Source: an uncultured virus (IMG/VR IMGVR_UViG_3300027708_000036)
Taxonomy: Duplodnaviria > Heunggongvirae > Uroviricota > Caudoviricetes
Direction: 5' to 3' (one strand)
IMG/VR virus record: IMGVR_UViG_3300027708_000036
DNA: 64,000 bases
In this document: piece by piece, positions 1-9,302 of the stretch
Layout of the letters: every line of letters begins with the position of its first letter
How positions within the stretch are numbered: position 1 is the stretch's first letter
Notes under the pieces: model-generated
Told to the model about the DNA's origin: nothing
Databases searched by the model: none
What the model saw: only the letters and a program-made list of their open reading frames with translations
Position numbers and translations under genes: made by a program

Positions 1-89
1 ATAAGTTAGAGCATGGAACTAAGAATGTTGGAGATATTGTAAGGATTACATTCGTCTTTGATGTCCCACATTCCAAGAACAATCCATAG
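1..89 (+). CDS. C-terminus of a probable 2OG-Fe(II) / Asp-Asn beta-hydroxylase family protein (partial)
   Basis: Manual translation ...KLEHGTKNVGDIVRITFVFDVPHSKNNP* has the H-x3-N-x-G...R-I-x-x-V-F-D C-terminal pattern of double-stranded beta-helix hydroxylases. Confidence 0.5.
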   Translation, partial: KLEHGTKNVGDIVRITFVFDVPHSKNNP

Positions 90-118
90 TTGCCTTGCAA
101 CAAAAGTTAATGTATAAT
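90..118 (+). promoter_or_regulatory. sigma70-type promoter
   Basis: TTGCCT-17 nt-TATAAT, followed by AGGAG and the trx start. Confidence 0.75.
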
Positions 119-129
119 AGGAGATATAA

Positions 130-381
130 ATGAAGTTACTAAAATTTTATGCTGAGTGGTGTGGTCCCTGCAAAGGACTTACAATGGTTATCAATGGTGC
201 TAAAGACAAGATTGAAATTCCAATCGAAGAATACGACATTGATAATGAAATGATGATGACACAAGAATATAAAATTCGATCTGTTCCAACTATTGTTTTA
301 GTCGATGATAAAGATCAAGAAATTAAACGAAATGTTGGTTTACTTACTGAAGAGAAACTGTTAGAATTCCTGAAAGGTTAA
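130..381 (+). CDS. trx: thioredoxin
   Basis: WCGPC active site and cis-Pro motif SVPT; 83 aa. Confidence 0.92.
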   Translation: MKLLKFYAEWCGPCKGLTMVINGAKDKIEIPIEEYDIDNEMMMTQEYKIRSVPTIVLVDDKDQEIKRNVGLLTEEKLLEFLKG

Positions 382-382
382 T

Positions 383-1459
383 ATGGCAAGCATACTAGAC
401 AAAATTAAAAAGAACACAACTATCAAAGACTCTGCGATTCTATCTGAATCAAAGTTCTTTAAGAAGAAGGATATGATTCCTACTTCTGTTCCAATCATCA
501 ATGTGGCTTTATCTGGTCGTCTTGATGGTGGATTAACTCCAGGTATTACAATGTGGGCTGGTCCAAGCAAACACTTTAAGACTGCGTTCTCATTGTTAAT
601 GGCTAAGTCCTATATGGACAAGTATGAAGATGCAGCATTATTATTCTATGACTCAGAGTTCGGTACTCCGCAGTCTTACTTCGATACATTTGGTATTGAT
701 ACAAAGCGTGTTGTTCATACTCCACTCACTGATGTTGAGCAATTGAAGTTCGATATTATGCAACAGTTGTCCAATGTAGATCGTGGTGACCACCTAATTA
801 TTGTTATTGACTCTATTGGTAATCTTGCTTCTAAGAAAGAAGTAGAAGATGCCATGGAAGGTAAGTCTGTTGCAGATATGTCAAGAGCAAAACAGATGAA
901 GTCATTGTTCCGTATGGTAACCCCACACTTGAACCTTAAAGACATTCCACTGGTTGTAGTGAACCATACCTACATGGAAATTGGTATGTTCCCGAAAGCA
1001 ATCGTTGGTGGTGGTACTGGTGCAATGTATTCAGCAGATAATGTTTACATTCTTGGTCGCCAGCAAGAAAAAGAAGGTACTGAAATCGTAGGATACAATT
1101 TTATTATTAACGTAGAGAAGAGTCGTTATGTTAAAGAAAAATCTAAGATACCTGTTAGCGTATCTTTTGATGGTGGTCTTAGTAAGTGGAGCGGTTTGTT
1201 GGATCTTGCTCTTGAATCCAAGCATGTGGTTAAACCCACCAATGGTTGGTATTCCAAATGTGATCCAGATACTGGAGAAGTAGAAACCAAGAAATATCGT
1301 GTCAAAGAAACTGATGATAAAGACTTTTGGTTGTCAATTCTTACAAGCAAATCATTCTATGATTTTGTAAAGAACAAATATTCAATTGGTCAAGGTGGAC
1401 AAATGATGCAAGAAGATGATCTTGATAAAGCATTAGAGGAATTAGAGTTCGATGAGTAA
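383..1459 (+). CDS. uvsX: UvsX RecA-like recombinase
   Basis: AGPSKHFKT P-loop, YDSEFG, DSIGNLASKKE and GGGTG motifs of T4 UvsX. Confidence 0.96.
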   Translation: MASILDKIKKNTTIKDSAILSESKFFKKKDMIPTSVPIINVALSGRLDGGLTPGITMWAGPSKHFKTAFSLLMAKSYMDKYEDAALLFYDSEFGTPQSYFDTFGIDTKRVVHTPLTDVEQLKFDIMQQLSNVDRGDHLIIVIDSIGNLASKKEVEDAMEGKSVADMSRAKQMKSLFRMVTPHLNLKDIPLVVVNHTYMEIGMFPKAIVGGGTGAMYSADNVYILGRQQEKEGTEIVGYNFIINVEKSRYVKEKSKIPVSVSFDGGLSKWSGLLDLALESKHVVKPTNGWYSKCDPDTGEVETKKYRVKETDDKDFWLSILTSKSFYDFVKNKYSIGQGGQMMQEDDLDKALEELEFDE

Positions 1460-1784
1460 ACCTTATGTTGTAGTGGAGTCCAAATATAGTGGACTTGATG
1501 CGATAAAGTTGACAGAAGAGCCATGGCAGGGTATAATATATGCTTATGGTAAGGTTGAGTTTGAAGAAGATGAAATCGACTCAACCATTCATCTAAAATT
1601 TGATTATGAAATTCTTGATGATGGTGGAAAGGGTTTCACCAATAAGAAACCATTTGAAGAATACATTGGTAAAATCTTGGAAGAATTGCTTCATGAAGGC
1701 ATCCAAGAAAACAATTTAACATATACAGGCGGAACAGAAATTGATGCGAATAGAACAAAAGATTCTGAGCAATCTGATATTTGA
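1452..1784 (+). CDS. gp40-like head vertex assembly chaperone
   Basis: Small acidic protein in the uvsX-40-41 position conserved in T4-like phages. Confidence 0.6.
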   Translation: MSKPYVVVESKYSGLDAIKLTEEPWQGIIYAYGKVEFEEDEIDSTIHLKFDYEILDDGGKGFTNKKPFEEYIGKILEELLHEGIQENNLTYTGGTEIDANRTKDSEQSDI

Positions 1785-3135
1785 TGAGAACTATTGTCGT
1801 AAAGTAATCCCATTTATCAAGAAAGAATATTTTGCAGAGCGCAAAGAAGTAATCTTGGCAGACGAGATTGTTTCTTTCTTCACGAAGTATAACAAACCAG
1901 CATCCAAAGAAATCCTACAGATTGAAATTAGCAACAGGAAAGATCTCAACGATAAAGAGTTATCTGAACTTGGCGACTTTATCGGCACATTGAGTCAGGA
2001 ACCAGTCAATGAAGACTGGATGTTAGAACATACTGAAAAGTTTTGTAAAGATAGGGCAATTTATAATGGAGTTCTCTCGGCAATCAGAATCATTGACGGC
2101 AACGACAAGCAACATACGCAAGATGCGATCCCTTCTATTCTTTCTGATGCTCTTGCCGTTTCATTTGATAATCATATTGGGCATGACTATCTTGATGACC
2201 ACAATGAGAGGTATGATTTTTATCATAGGGTGGAAGAGAAGGTTGCATTCGACCTTGACATGTTCAATAAAATCACTAAGGGTGGACTATCAAAGAAAAC
2301 ACTTAATATTTGTCTTGCTGGCACTGGTGTTGGTAAGTCTTTGTTTATGTGTCACGTGGGTGCAGGTTGCCTAACTCAAGGTAAAAATGTCTTATACATA
2401 ACTATGGAAATGGCAGAAGAGCGTATCGCTGAAAGGATTGATGCGAATCTTCTTAACCTAACCATGGATGAACTAAAAGTTATTGACAGGGATATCTATG
2501 AAAGTCGTATTGCTAAGATTACGGCTAAAACTAAAGGTAAACTAATTGTCAAAGAATACCCAACTGCTGGTGCCCACTCTGGTCACTTCCGTGCTTTGCT
2601 GGAAGAACTAAAGTTGAAACGAGAATTCAAACCTGATATTATCTTCATTGACTATCTCAATATTTGTGCGAGTCAACGAATGAAACAAGGTGGAAGTATT
2701 AACTCTTATACATATATTAAGAGCATTGCAGAAGAGTTAAGAGGATTGGCAGTTGAGTATAATGTTCCCATTGTATCAGCCACTCAAACGACTCGTTCTG
2801 GATTCACAAACTCGGATCCAGGACTTGAAGACACCTCTGAATCTTTTGGTTTGCCAGCGACAGCTGACTTTATGTTTGCTTTGGTCAGCAATGAAGAGTT
2901 GGAAGGATTGAATCAGATTATTGTTAAACAGTTGAAGAATCGCTATAACGATCCAGGATTCTATAAGAGATTTGTTATTGGGGTTGATAGAGCAAAGATG
3001 AAACTGTATGATGTAGAAGCATCGGCACAAACGCTAAGTGATTCAGGAAAGCACGATGACGATGAACCAATGTTTGATAAAAGTAATTTTGGTCGCAGAC
3101 AAAAAGCAGAATCGTTTGACGGATTTAAGTTTTAG
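1744..3135 (+). CDS. 41: gp41 replicative DNA helicase (DnaB-like)
   Basis: LAGTGVGKS Walker A, IFIDYLNI Walker B, SATQTTR, KQLKNRY. Confidence 0.96.
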   Translation: MRIEQKILSNLIFDENYCRKVIPFIKKEYFAERKEVILADEIVSFFTKYNKPASKEILQIEISNRKDLNDKELSELGDFIGTLSQEPVNEDWMLEHTEKFCKDRAIYNGVLSAIRIIDGNDKQHTQDAIPSILSDALAVSFDNHIGHDYLDDHNERYDFYHRVEEKVAFDLDMFNKITKGGLSKKTLNICLAGTGVGKSLFMCHVGAGCLTQGKNVLYITMEMAEERIAERIDANLLNLTMDELKVIDRDIYESRIAKITAKTKGKLIVKEYPTAGAHSGHFRALLEELKLKREFKPDIIFIDYLNICASQRMKQGGSINSYTYIKSIAEELRGLAVEYNVPIVSATQTTRSGFTNSDPGLEDTSESFGLPATADFMFALVSNEELEGLNQIIVKQLKNRYNDPGFYKRFVIGVDRAKMKLYDVEASAQTLSDSGKHDDDEPMFDKSNFGRRQKAESFDGFKF

Positions 3136-3143
3136 GAGAGAAT

Positions 3144-4469
3144 ATGACTAAGGTAATCGTAGCAAAACAAAAACATGATATGTCTCACATGATGGGACAA
3201 TTTCCAGATGAGTCACATTATGATTTCCTCATTGAAGAGGACTGTGATGTTTATATGCCAGAAATTCCTGGACATCCAGAGATGACATACTCTGAAGAGA
3301 GAATCGTTTTGAAGTTCCGTAAGAATTACTTTACAAAAGAACAACAAGATCAAGCATACATTGGACTTCGTGAAGCAGCAACCGAAACTCAGAATAGAGG
3401 TATGGCTGCAGGTCCAAGAGCAGAGAAGTTGGGTAATCGTGAGTGGGTCACTGAATATGAATCAGAAATTATTGATTACTTCTTGAATCCAAAGGCATCA
3501 CTGGACGGAGATCCAATTGATGTTATTAAAGCCAAGCATGAAGGTAAGACTGATAAACCATCTACCAGAAATAATGTTTGGGGTATCCAAGCAGTTAAGA
3601 AAGATAAATTTGTTTTCAATGAGTGGGTTGAGAAAGTTCGTAAATTAGATGCATCTGATATGGTTATCGAAGCAAGACGAGTAGAAAAAGCATATGTCTG
3701 CGCAACTACCTATGCCAATGGTGTTATGTCTGGTATTGCTGGTTGGTTCGATCGTTATCCTCGCATTCCTTATGGTCGTGCAACATCTTATACTGCTCGT
3801 GAACCAGCAAAGTTTGCCATGGCATATCCATTCTTGCAACAACTTGCGCAGGGTTTTAAAGACTTGTTGCCATGGAGATACAACAATCAAATGGAAGCAG
3901 CAAAGAAACTGGATCCTGCATTCTTAGTTCCAGAAACTCCATTCACTACTGTTACTGTTAATAAGTCTTTCAGAACTGCTTGTCACTACGATGCAGGTGA
4001 CTTTACTGCTGGTCTATCCAATCTATTGACTCTAACAAACAATGGTAACTATACAGGTTGTTATTTGGTTGCACCAGAGTATCGTGTTGCTGTTAATCCA
4101 AGACCTGGAGATTTGCTACTCATTAACAATCATGAAGTGATGCATGGCAATACTCAGATTCAATTGCTCGATGAAGAAGCAGAGCGAATCTCATTAGTTG
4201 TTTACTTCCGTGAGAAGATGCTTGAGTTGGGTTCAAAACAATACGAAGATTGTCGTTATGACTTTGTTGAACACCGCAGACTTAACAAAGAACATCCAGA
4301 CCAAAAATATGAAGATGGTTCTCAACGACATCTTTGGAATGGTGTTAGTTCTTCTATGTGGGAATCAGAAGAATGGTATGAATACCTTGAGAGTAAACTT
4401 GGTAATGATATACTAATGAAGTATCACCCAGAATCACAAAAGGCAAATTCACTTGAAGGATTCTTCTAA
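3144..4469 (+). CDS. TET/JBP-family 2OG-Fe(II) dioxygenase (DNA pyrimidine methyl oxidase)
   Basis: PFTTVTVN, RTACHYDAGD (HxD), HEVMHGNT (distal His) and ERISLVVYFRE (2OG-binding Arg) match the TET/JBP signature. Confidence 0.82.
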   Translation: MTKVIVAKQKHDMSHMMGQFPDESHYDFLIEEDCDVYMPEIPGHPEMTYSEERIVLKFRKNYFTKEQQDQAYIGLREAATETQNRGMAAGPRAEKLGNREWVTEYESEIIDYFLNPKASLDGDPIDVIKAKHEGKTDKPSTRNNVWGIQAVKKDKFVFNEWVEKVRKLDASDMVIEARRVEKAYVCATTYANGVMSGIAGWFDRYPRIPYGRATSYTAREPAKFAMAYPFLQQLAQGFKDLLPWRYNNQMEAAKKLDPAFLVPETPFTTVTVNKSFRTACHYDAGDFTAGLSNLLTLTNNGNYTGCYLVAPEYRVAVNPRPGDLLLINNHEVMHGNTQIQLLDEEAERISLVVYFREKMLELGSKQYEDCRYDFVEHRRLNKEHPDQKYEDGSQRHLWNGVSSSMWESEEWYEYLESKLGNDILMKYHPESQKANSLEGFF

Positions 4470-5161
4470 TGTGTTCAGTGATTGGTGCGATTATTAAAGA
4501 ACCTCGTGCAGAGGATTTCTTAATGCTTCATCGTGTGTTCCTTGAATCTAAGATTCGAGGGATGCACGCTACTGGAATCTCCTATGTTAAGCATGGAAAG
4601 ATTATCACTGAGAAGCGACCAGTTCCTGCCGATGAATTCCCATTCAACTTTCCAAGTTATGTGAATGAAGATGGTAGTCTTTATTTAATTGGTCACTGTC
4701 GTTATAGCACTAGCGATTTAGAATTCAATCAACCAATTGCCAACGAGAATCTTTCAGTAGTTCACAATGGAGTTATCACTCAAGAGTTACCTGAGAAGTG
4801 GAAAGAACTCTATGGTTATGATTGTGAAACTAAAAACGATACTGAATTGATTTTACATACAGCAGAGGATTGCATCAGTCCATTGATTCGCTGGAAAGAT
4901 TCAAGTCTTGCAGTTATTGAATTACATGTTGATAAAGTTATTAGATTCTATCGCAATGGTAAGCGTCCATTATACTTGACAAATATCTCAAATGGATGTA
5001 TAATTACTTCTACTGCTGATGTTCCAAAACGAGCAGAAGTTCCAGGATTTCCGATTAACACTTTGATGAATCATTACATTACATTTGATGACCAACTCGC
5101 AATGACAATTGAAAAAGAAGTCATTGAAGATGCGGTGGACTTACAATATGAACTTTGTTAA
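4469..5161 (+). CDS. class II (Ntn) glutamine amidotransferase-like protein
   Basis: N-terminal Cys2 nucleophile (MCSVIG), RGMHATG, GHCRYSTS, VHNGVI, NDTE. Confidence 0.85.
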   Translation: MCSVIGAIIKEPRAEDFLMLHRVFLESKIRGMHATGISYVKHGKIITEKRPVPADEFPFNFPSYVNEDGSLYLIGHCRYSTSDLEFNQPIANENLSVVHNGVITQELPEKWKELYGYDCETKNDTELILHTAEDCISPLIRWKDSSLAVIELHVDKVIRFYRNGKRPLYLTNISNGCIITSTADVPKRAEVPGFPINTLMNHYITFDDQLAMTIEKEVIEDAVDLQYELC

Positions 5162-5789
5162 TTCAACAAGAGTTGAAGAGTTAATTAAAAATAGTCCAGC
5201 TGGTAAGAATACCAAATTCTTATCGGCTGCACATTCATTGTGGTATCGTTTCCACAATTATGATAAAGCACCACCACTGGCTCTTGAAGTAAATGGTGAT
5301 GTTGTTTCGCTAATCTTTGCGACATTCAATCGTGATGGTTATGCGAATCTATATGAGATAGTTACACTTGAAGGACAAGAAGGAAATGGTTATGCAAGTA
5401 AATGCTGGGATGAATGGATCAAATATGCAGTCGGAGAACGCAAAACCCAACGACTTAAAATGTCATGCACTCCATCTTCCGTTACATGGCACAATAAAAA
5501 TGGTCTCATCTTCTGGGCAGTCGATCCAACTGGCTCTCTTAGATCTGACCAACCATTATTTCCTACGAGAGTGGAACAAATAGACTATCGTAATAATGCT
5601 ATTGTCAGCCCACTTCAAGCACTGCCACCATACAAAGCAAGAGATCAATTTCGTGCTGAAGGATTAGAATCCTATAAATGGGGTGAAAAGAAAAGAGCAA
5701 AAAGTCAAGCAGCAATTGATGCAGTTGGTAAGGCATGGTTGAGAGAAGCACTAATGGAACAACCTTCACTTGAAGAGTTTTTATTATAA
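5148..5789 (+). CDS. GNAT-like acyltransferase
   Basis: LYEIVTLEGQEGNGYAS resembles acetyl-CoA-binding motif A (Q/R-x-x-G-x-A/G); ATG at 5148 overlaps the upstream gene. Confidence 0.6.
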   Translation: MNFVNSTRVEELIKNSPAGKNTKFLSAAHSLWYRFHNYDKAPPLALEVNGDVVSLIFATFNRDGYANLYEIVTLEGQEGNGYASKCWDEWIKYAVGERKTQRLKMSCTPSSVTWHNKNGLIFWAVDPTGSLRSDQPLFPTRVEQIDYRNNAIVSPLQALPPYKARDQFRAEGLESYKWGEKKRAKSQAAIDAVGKAWLREALMEQPSLEEFLL

Positions 5790-6808
5790 TGGATTATAGA
5801 CTAGAACAAAATCGTAGGGAAGCGTTCATTCGTTGGTATGCATGGTCATTGAAGTATGATGATTGTGATCCAGCAGTATGGGCAACGAACTATCTTAACA
5901 AACGATATGAGCATAATGATGAGCAGAAGTTATGGTTGTGTTGGTTGTATGGTAATACATACTATCTTCCAACTGCTTGGATTCTCATGAATGAGTTTCC
6001 TGACTTTGAGTTGGCAACAGTTGATCGTATTACTCAATGGAACACTGCCAACTATAAACGATTAAGATATCAGACTGATACAAAGTGGAACAAAGGACAT
6101 CTCCCTGCGATGTTTGCTTCTTATCAGCAATTCATTGGTAATAAAACACAACGAGAAAAACTGAAAGAATACTATGGACAATCTGAGGAAGAGAACTTTA
6201 ATAATCTGTGGACAGGCATTAAGTCTGGGTTGCATAAGTTTGGTCGTTATTCCACTTGGTTTTATCTTCAGCATCTTAAGCATACTGCTGGTGTCCATAT
6301 CACTCCTACTAGCCTCATGCTTGATGATTATGATGGGTCTCGCTCTCATCGTAATGGATTACTTCTCGCCATTGGGAAAGATGACGATATGGACAGAAAA
6401 CTCACTGGAGTCGATTATTCAAATCTGGAAGCACAAGCGAGGGACATTCTCGTTGAGACGAAAGAAAGATTCCCAGAACTGGACTCACAAATAGATTACT
6501 TTACCATGGAAACCTGCCTATGTTCTTTCAAAAAGATTTTCAGAAAGAGTCATGGAAGGTATCTTGGTTACTATCTTGATAGACAAGCAGAAGAAATTAT
6601 GCAGTGCGAGAAAGATGGTTGGTATGGTATTGATTGGAATGTTCTATGGCAATCAAGAGAAGAAACAATTGATTTTAGATTAGACCATAGACATGGTATT
6701 GATAAAGAGAAATTTACATCTTTCCTTAGCACTGGTGGAATGCAGAATATGGATTGGATGTTTGATGATGAAGAACCTATATTAAATGGATTGGAGATGT
6801 TTACATGA
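5789..6808 (+). CDS. amino acid:DNA transferase (aGPT-Pplase2 / AADT, HhH-glycosylase fold)
   Basis: KFGRYSTWFYLQ, GSRSHRNGL, METCLCSFKK and GRYLGYY resemble the alpha-glutamyl/putrescinyl thymine pyrophosphorylase clade 2 enzymes; lies next to a P-loop kinase. Confidence 0.78.
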   Translation: MDYRLEQNRREAFIRWYAWSLKYDDCDPAVWATNYLNKRYEHNDEQKLWLCWLYGNTYYLPTAWILMNEFPDFELATVDRITQWNTANYKRLRYQTDTKWNKGHLPAMFASYQQFIGNKTQREKLKEYYGQSEEENFNNLWTGIKSGLHKFGRYSTWFYLQHLKHTAGVHITPTSLMLDDYDGSRSHRNGLLLAIGKDDDMDRKLTGVDYSNLEAQARDILVETKERFPELDSQIDYFTMETCLCSFKKIFRKSHGRYLGYYLDRQAEEIMQCEKDGWYGIDWNVLWQSREETIDFRLDHRHGIDKEKFTSFLSTGGMQNMDWMFDDEEPILNGLEMFT

Positions 6809-7206
6809 GTACGATGACACTTGACAGTAATGGAAATCTTGGAGTTGGAACTATTACAGTTTCTTCTAATACTACTGGTATGTATAATACCGCAGTTGGA
6901 TCTAGTGCACTTGCATTTGGTGGATTCGATATGGAAGACTTTCTTGATACACATTCGTTTAATAAGATTACAGTTGAGCATAAGGTTGCAGAGTTCGAGT
7001 TAGCCAAATTAAGAGAAACTGTTCCAACTTATGCAGATGAGATTAAAGAAAACTTGTCTAAGAATCTTGCAAGAGATATAATTAAGAAAGCAACATTCAC
7101 AAAGAAACATAATGTTGATAGCGACACTCATCACTTTCTTGGAAGAGTATGGGTGTTCACTGAAGGCGAATTAAAGGATCTAATTAATGAGGCTCGCAAT
7201 GCGTAA
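6805..7206 (+). CDS. hypothetical protein
   Basis: 133 aa ORF overlapping both neighbours, preceded by GGAG. Confidence 0.6.
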   Translation: MSTMTLDSNGNLGVGTITVSSNTTGMYNTAVGSSALAFGGFDMEDFLDTHSFNKITVEHKVAEFELAKLRETVPTYADEIKENLSKNLARDIIKKATFTKKHNVDSDTHHFLGRVWVFTEGELKDLINEARNA

Positions 7207-7741
7207 GATTATCGCTGTTGGTGGACAACCTGGAACTGGTAAGACTACTCTATTCCGTAAGTTCATGGAAGGTAAGACTTGGGAAAGAGTCGAACCAAAG
7301 AAAATGCTTCCTGCACTCTATTGTAAAGACCTAGACTTATACATTCTAGGTAAGTACGAGGATGGTGAAACCTTCGCTGGAACAGATCGCCTATCAATGG
7401 CAGTCCAGCCAGTGGCACAAGAGTTCGTTAAGGAAACTACCTCCAATATTCTCTTTGAAGGAGATCGAATTTTCAACCAGTCTTTCCTAGAGTTTTCTAT
7501 GAATATGCAAGGTATTGATTTACAAGTGGTTTATCTTAAAGTACCTGATTCCACGCTAAAAGAACGCTACATCGAGCGAGGATCCGACCAGTCTGAGACT
7601 TTCCTAAAAGGTCGTGCGACTAAATATAGTAATCTACTATCAAACTTTGAACTGATGCCTTATATTACTGAGTTTAGTAACACTAACTTGGAGGAGCAGG
7701 GAAAGGTACTCGCATTCTTGGAAGGTAATTTCAAGATGTAA
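7199..7741 (+). CDS. P-loop kinase, putative 5-hydroxymethyluracil DNA kinase
   Basis: IIAVGGQPGTGKTT P-loop, FAGTDRLS, LFEGDR and RGSDQSETFLKGR; lies in the modification cluster. Confidence 0.75.
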   Translation: MRKIIAVGGQPGTGKTTLFRKFMEGKTWERVEPKKMLPALYCKDLDLYILGKYEDGETFAGTDRLSMAVQPVAQEFVKETTSNILFEGDRIFNQSFLEFSMNMQGIDLQVVYLKVPDSTLKERYIERGSDQSETFLKGRATKYSNLLSNFELMPYITEFSNTNLEEQGKVLAFLEGNFKM

Positions 7742-7762
7742 AATGCCTTTCTGGGATGTAAA

Positions 7763-8491
7763 ATGTCATGCAATTTTGAATTCCTAGAAAACGCTAATTA
7801 CGATTGGATGGACTTGCTCAACTTTTACGAGCGACCATTCAGAGCGAAATATATACCATCAAAAGTGTGGAAAGACCTAGACAACTATCGCAATGATAGT
7901 AAGGGTCTTTCAAACTACTTCAAAAAGTGGAGAACTAAAGTCGAGTTCCTTCCACAAAAATCCAAAGCAAAACTCTACGATAGTTATGTAGCTGTCGGTG
8001 GTGAATATGGACCAGATGAAAGACAGTGTTGCATCCAGATATATACAACTAATTTCGATAGGTTTCCATTCACTGAAACTACATGGAATAAGTTTAAGTA
8101 CCGCATACTACAGACACACATGCATGAGTTAATACACTTCATGCAGTTCGACAGAAGAGGAGACGAGTGGTCAAACTACATCGTTCCTTACAAGAAAGTA
8201 AACCATGAAAAAAAGAACATTGAGAGAAGATATCTTTCCGAGTTCGATGAAATTCAGGCATATGCCCACTGTGTGTTACTTGATTTCAAAATCTACAAAC
8301 CAACCATCTCCACAGAAGAACTAATCAATAGAGCAAAGTACTCTAAAGATTCTTCCACTCTTAACTACATCCTCAAAGCATTCAATTACGATTACCGTAA
8401 TAACGCTGCAATTCCTAAGTTGATGCAGCAGATCGCCAAGTGGGATCGTAAATACCAAAGAACTATCCGAGCATCTCGTCGTCCTAAATAA
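7763..8491 (+). CDS. putative zincin metallopeptidase-like protein
   Basis: HELIH (HExxH) plus a downstream EIQAYA third-ligand motif. Confidence 0.55.
   Translation: MSCNFEFLENANYDWMDLLNFYERPFRAKYIPSKVWKDLDNYRNDSKGLSNYFKKWRTKVEFLPQKSKAKLYDSYVAVGGEYGPDERQCCIQIYTTNFDRFPFTETTWNKFKYRILQTHMHELIHFMQFDRRGDEWSNYIVPYKKVNHEKKNIERRYLSEFDEIQAYAHCVLLDFKIYKPTISTEELINRAKYSKDSSTLNYILKAFNYDYRNNAAIPKLMQQIAKWDRKYQRTIRASRRPK
8484..8490 (+). promoter_or_regulatory. T4-like late promoter core (representative; similar sites at 13088, 18134, 19445, 27523, 29214, 43457, 60280)
   Basis: (C/A)TAAATA at gene junctions just upstream of virion-type genes; resembles the gp55-dependent TATAAATA box. Confidence 0.6.
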
Positions 8492-8524
8492 TATAGATAG
8501 TTTCTATATTAATAGGGAGTTTGA

Positions 8525-9301
8525 ATGTCAGTTGGCACAGGTGGTGTAGAGTATGAGAACAAAGTTCTGGGAGTCATTTCCGAACAGATCCTCAACACCG
8601 ACTTGAAAATCAAACCAGGAGGTACTGCTGCATTTTCTGCTGCAGAACCAGACCTCGTCCTTATTCGCAAATCCAACAATGCGATAATCAATATAGAAAT
8701 CAAACAAGACAGAACTGCCCAGATGGGTGGTGGATCTTACAATTACGATATGGCTTCTGGAAAGTTTGAAGTCTCAGCAAAGACTGAGATTGATCCAGAG
8801 TTAGATAAAAAGATTGTAAGTATTCTGGATACAAAGAAGAAACATCTGGATGCGTTATTGGAATATTCAAAAGAAAAGAATCCTCCAGCAATTGCAGCAG
8901 GTATTCGAGGACTTCCATTAAAGTCCACAAAACATGTTTGGGAAGAACTAACAAGAGAAAGATTATTAGTCCCTCTCAATGGTAAAGTAGCAGTTGATAG
9001 TTCATTTCTTCATGCACATTATAAAAAGAAGAACTGTTATTATATTCAGATTGGTGGTGCAGGTTTATATTACTTGTATACCAATCCATTAAATTTACCA
9101 GTGCCACAATTGCGTGTATCAATGCAAGTAGAACTAAGACTCGGTAGAGGTGGTTCTAAAATGGACGGTAAAACAAGAGAGCAAGTAGCCACAGGAAATA
9201 TTCGTGCGCAGGGAAGACTGGACGGTAAAATGTTAGTCGCTTCACCATGGTCGCTAGATATACCTGGACATTTCGAAAAATTATTTGGTACGGTAAACTA
9301 A
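8525..9301 (+). CDS. PD-(D/E)XK nuclease-like protein
   Basis: N-terminal YE helix, EPDLVL and INIEIKQ catalytic pattern. Confidence 0.55.
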   Translation: MSVGTGGVEYENKVLGVISEQILNTDLKIKPGGTAAFSAAEPDLVLIRKSNNAIINIEIKQDRTAQMGGGSYNYDMASGKFEVSAKTEIDPELDKKIVSILDTKKKHLDALLEYSKEKNPPAIAAGIRGLPLKSTKHVWEELTRERLLVPLNGKVAVDSSFLHAHYKKKNCYYIQIGGAGLYYLYTNPLNLPVPQLRVSMQVELRLGRGGSKMDGKTREQVATGNIRAQGRLDGKMLVASPWSLDIPGHFEKLFGTVN

Positions 9302-9302
9302 T

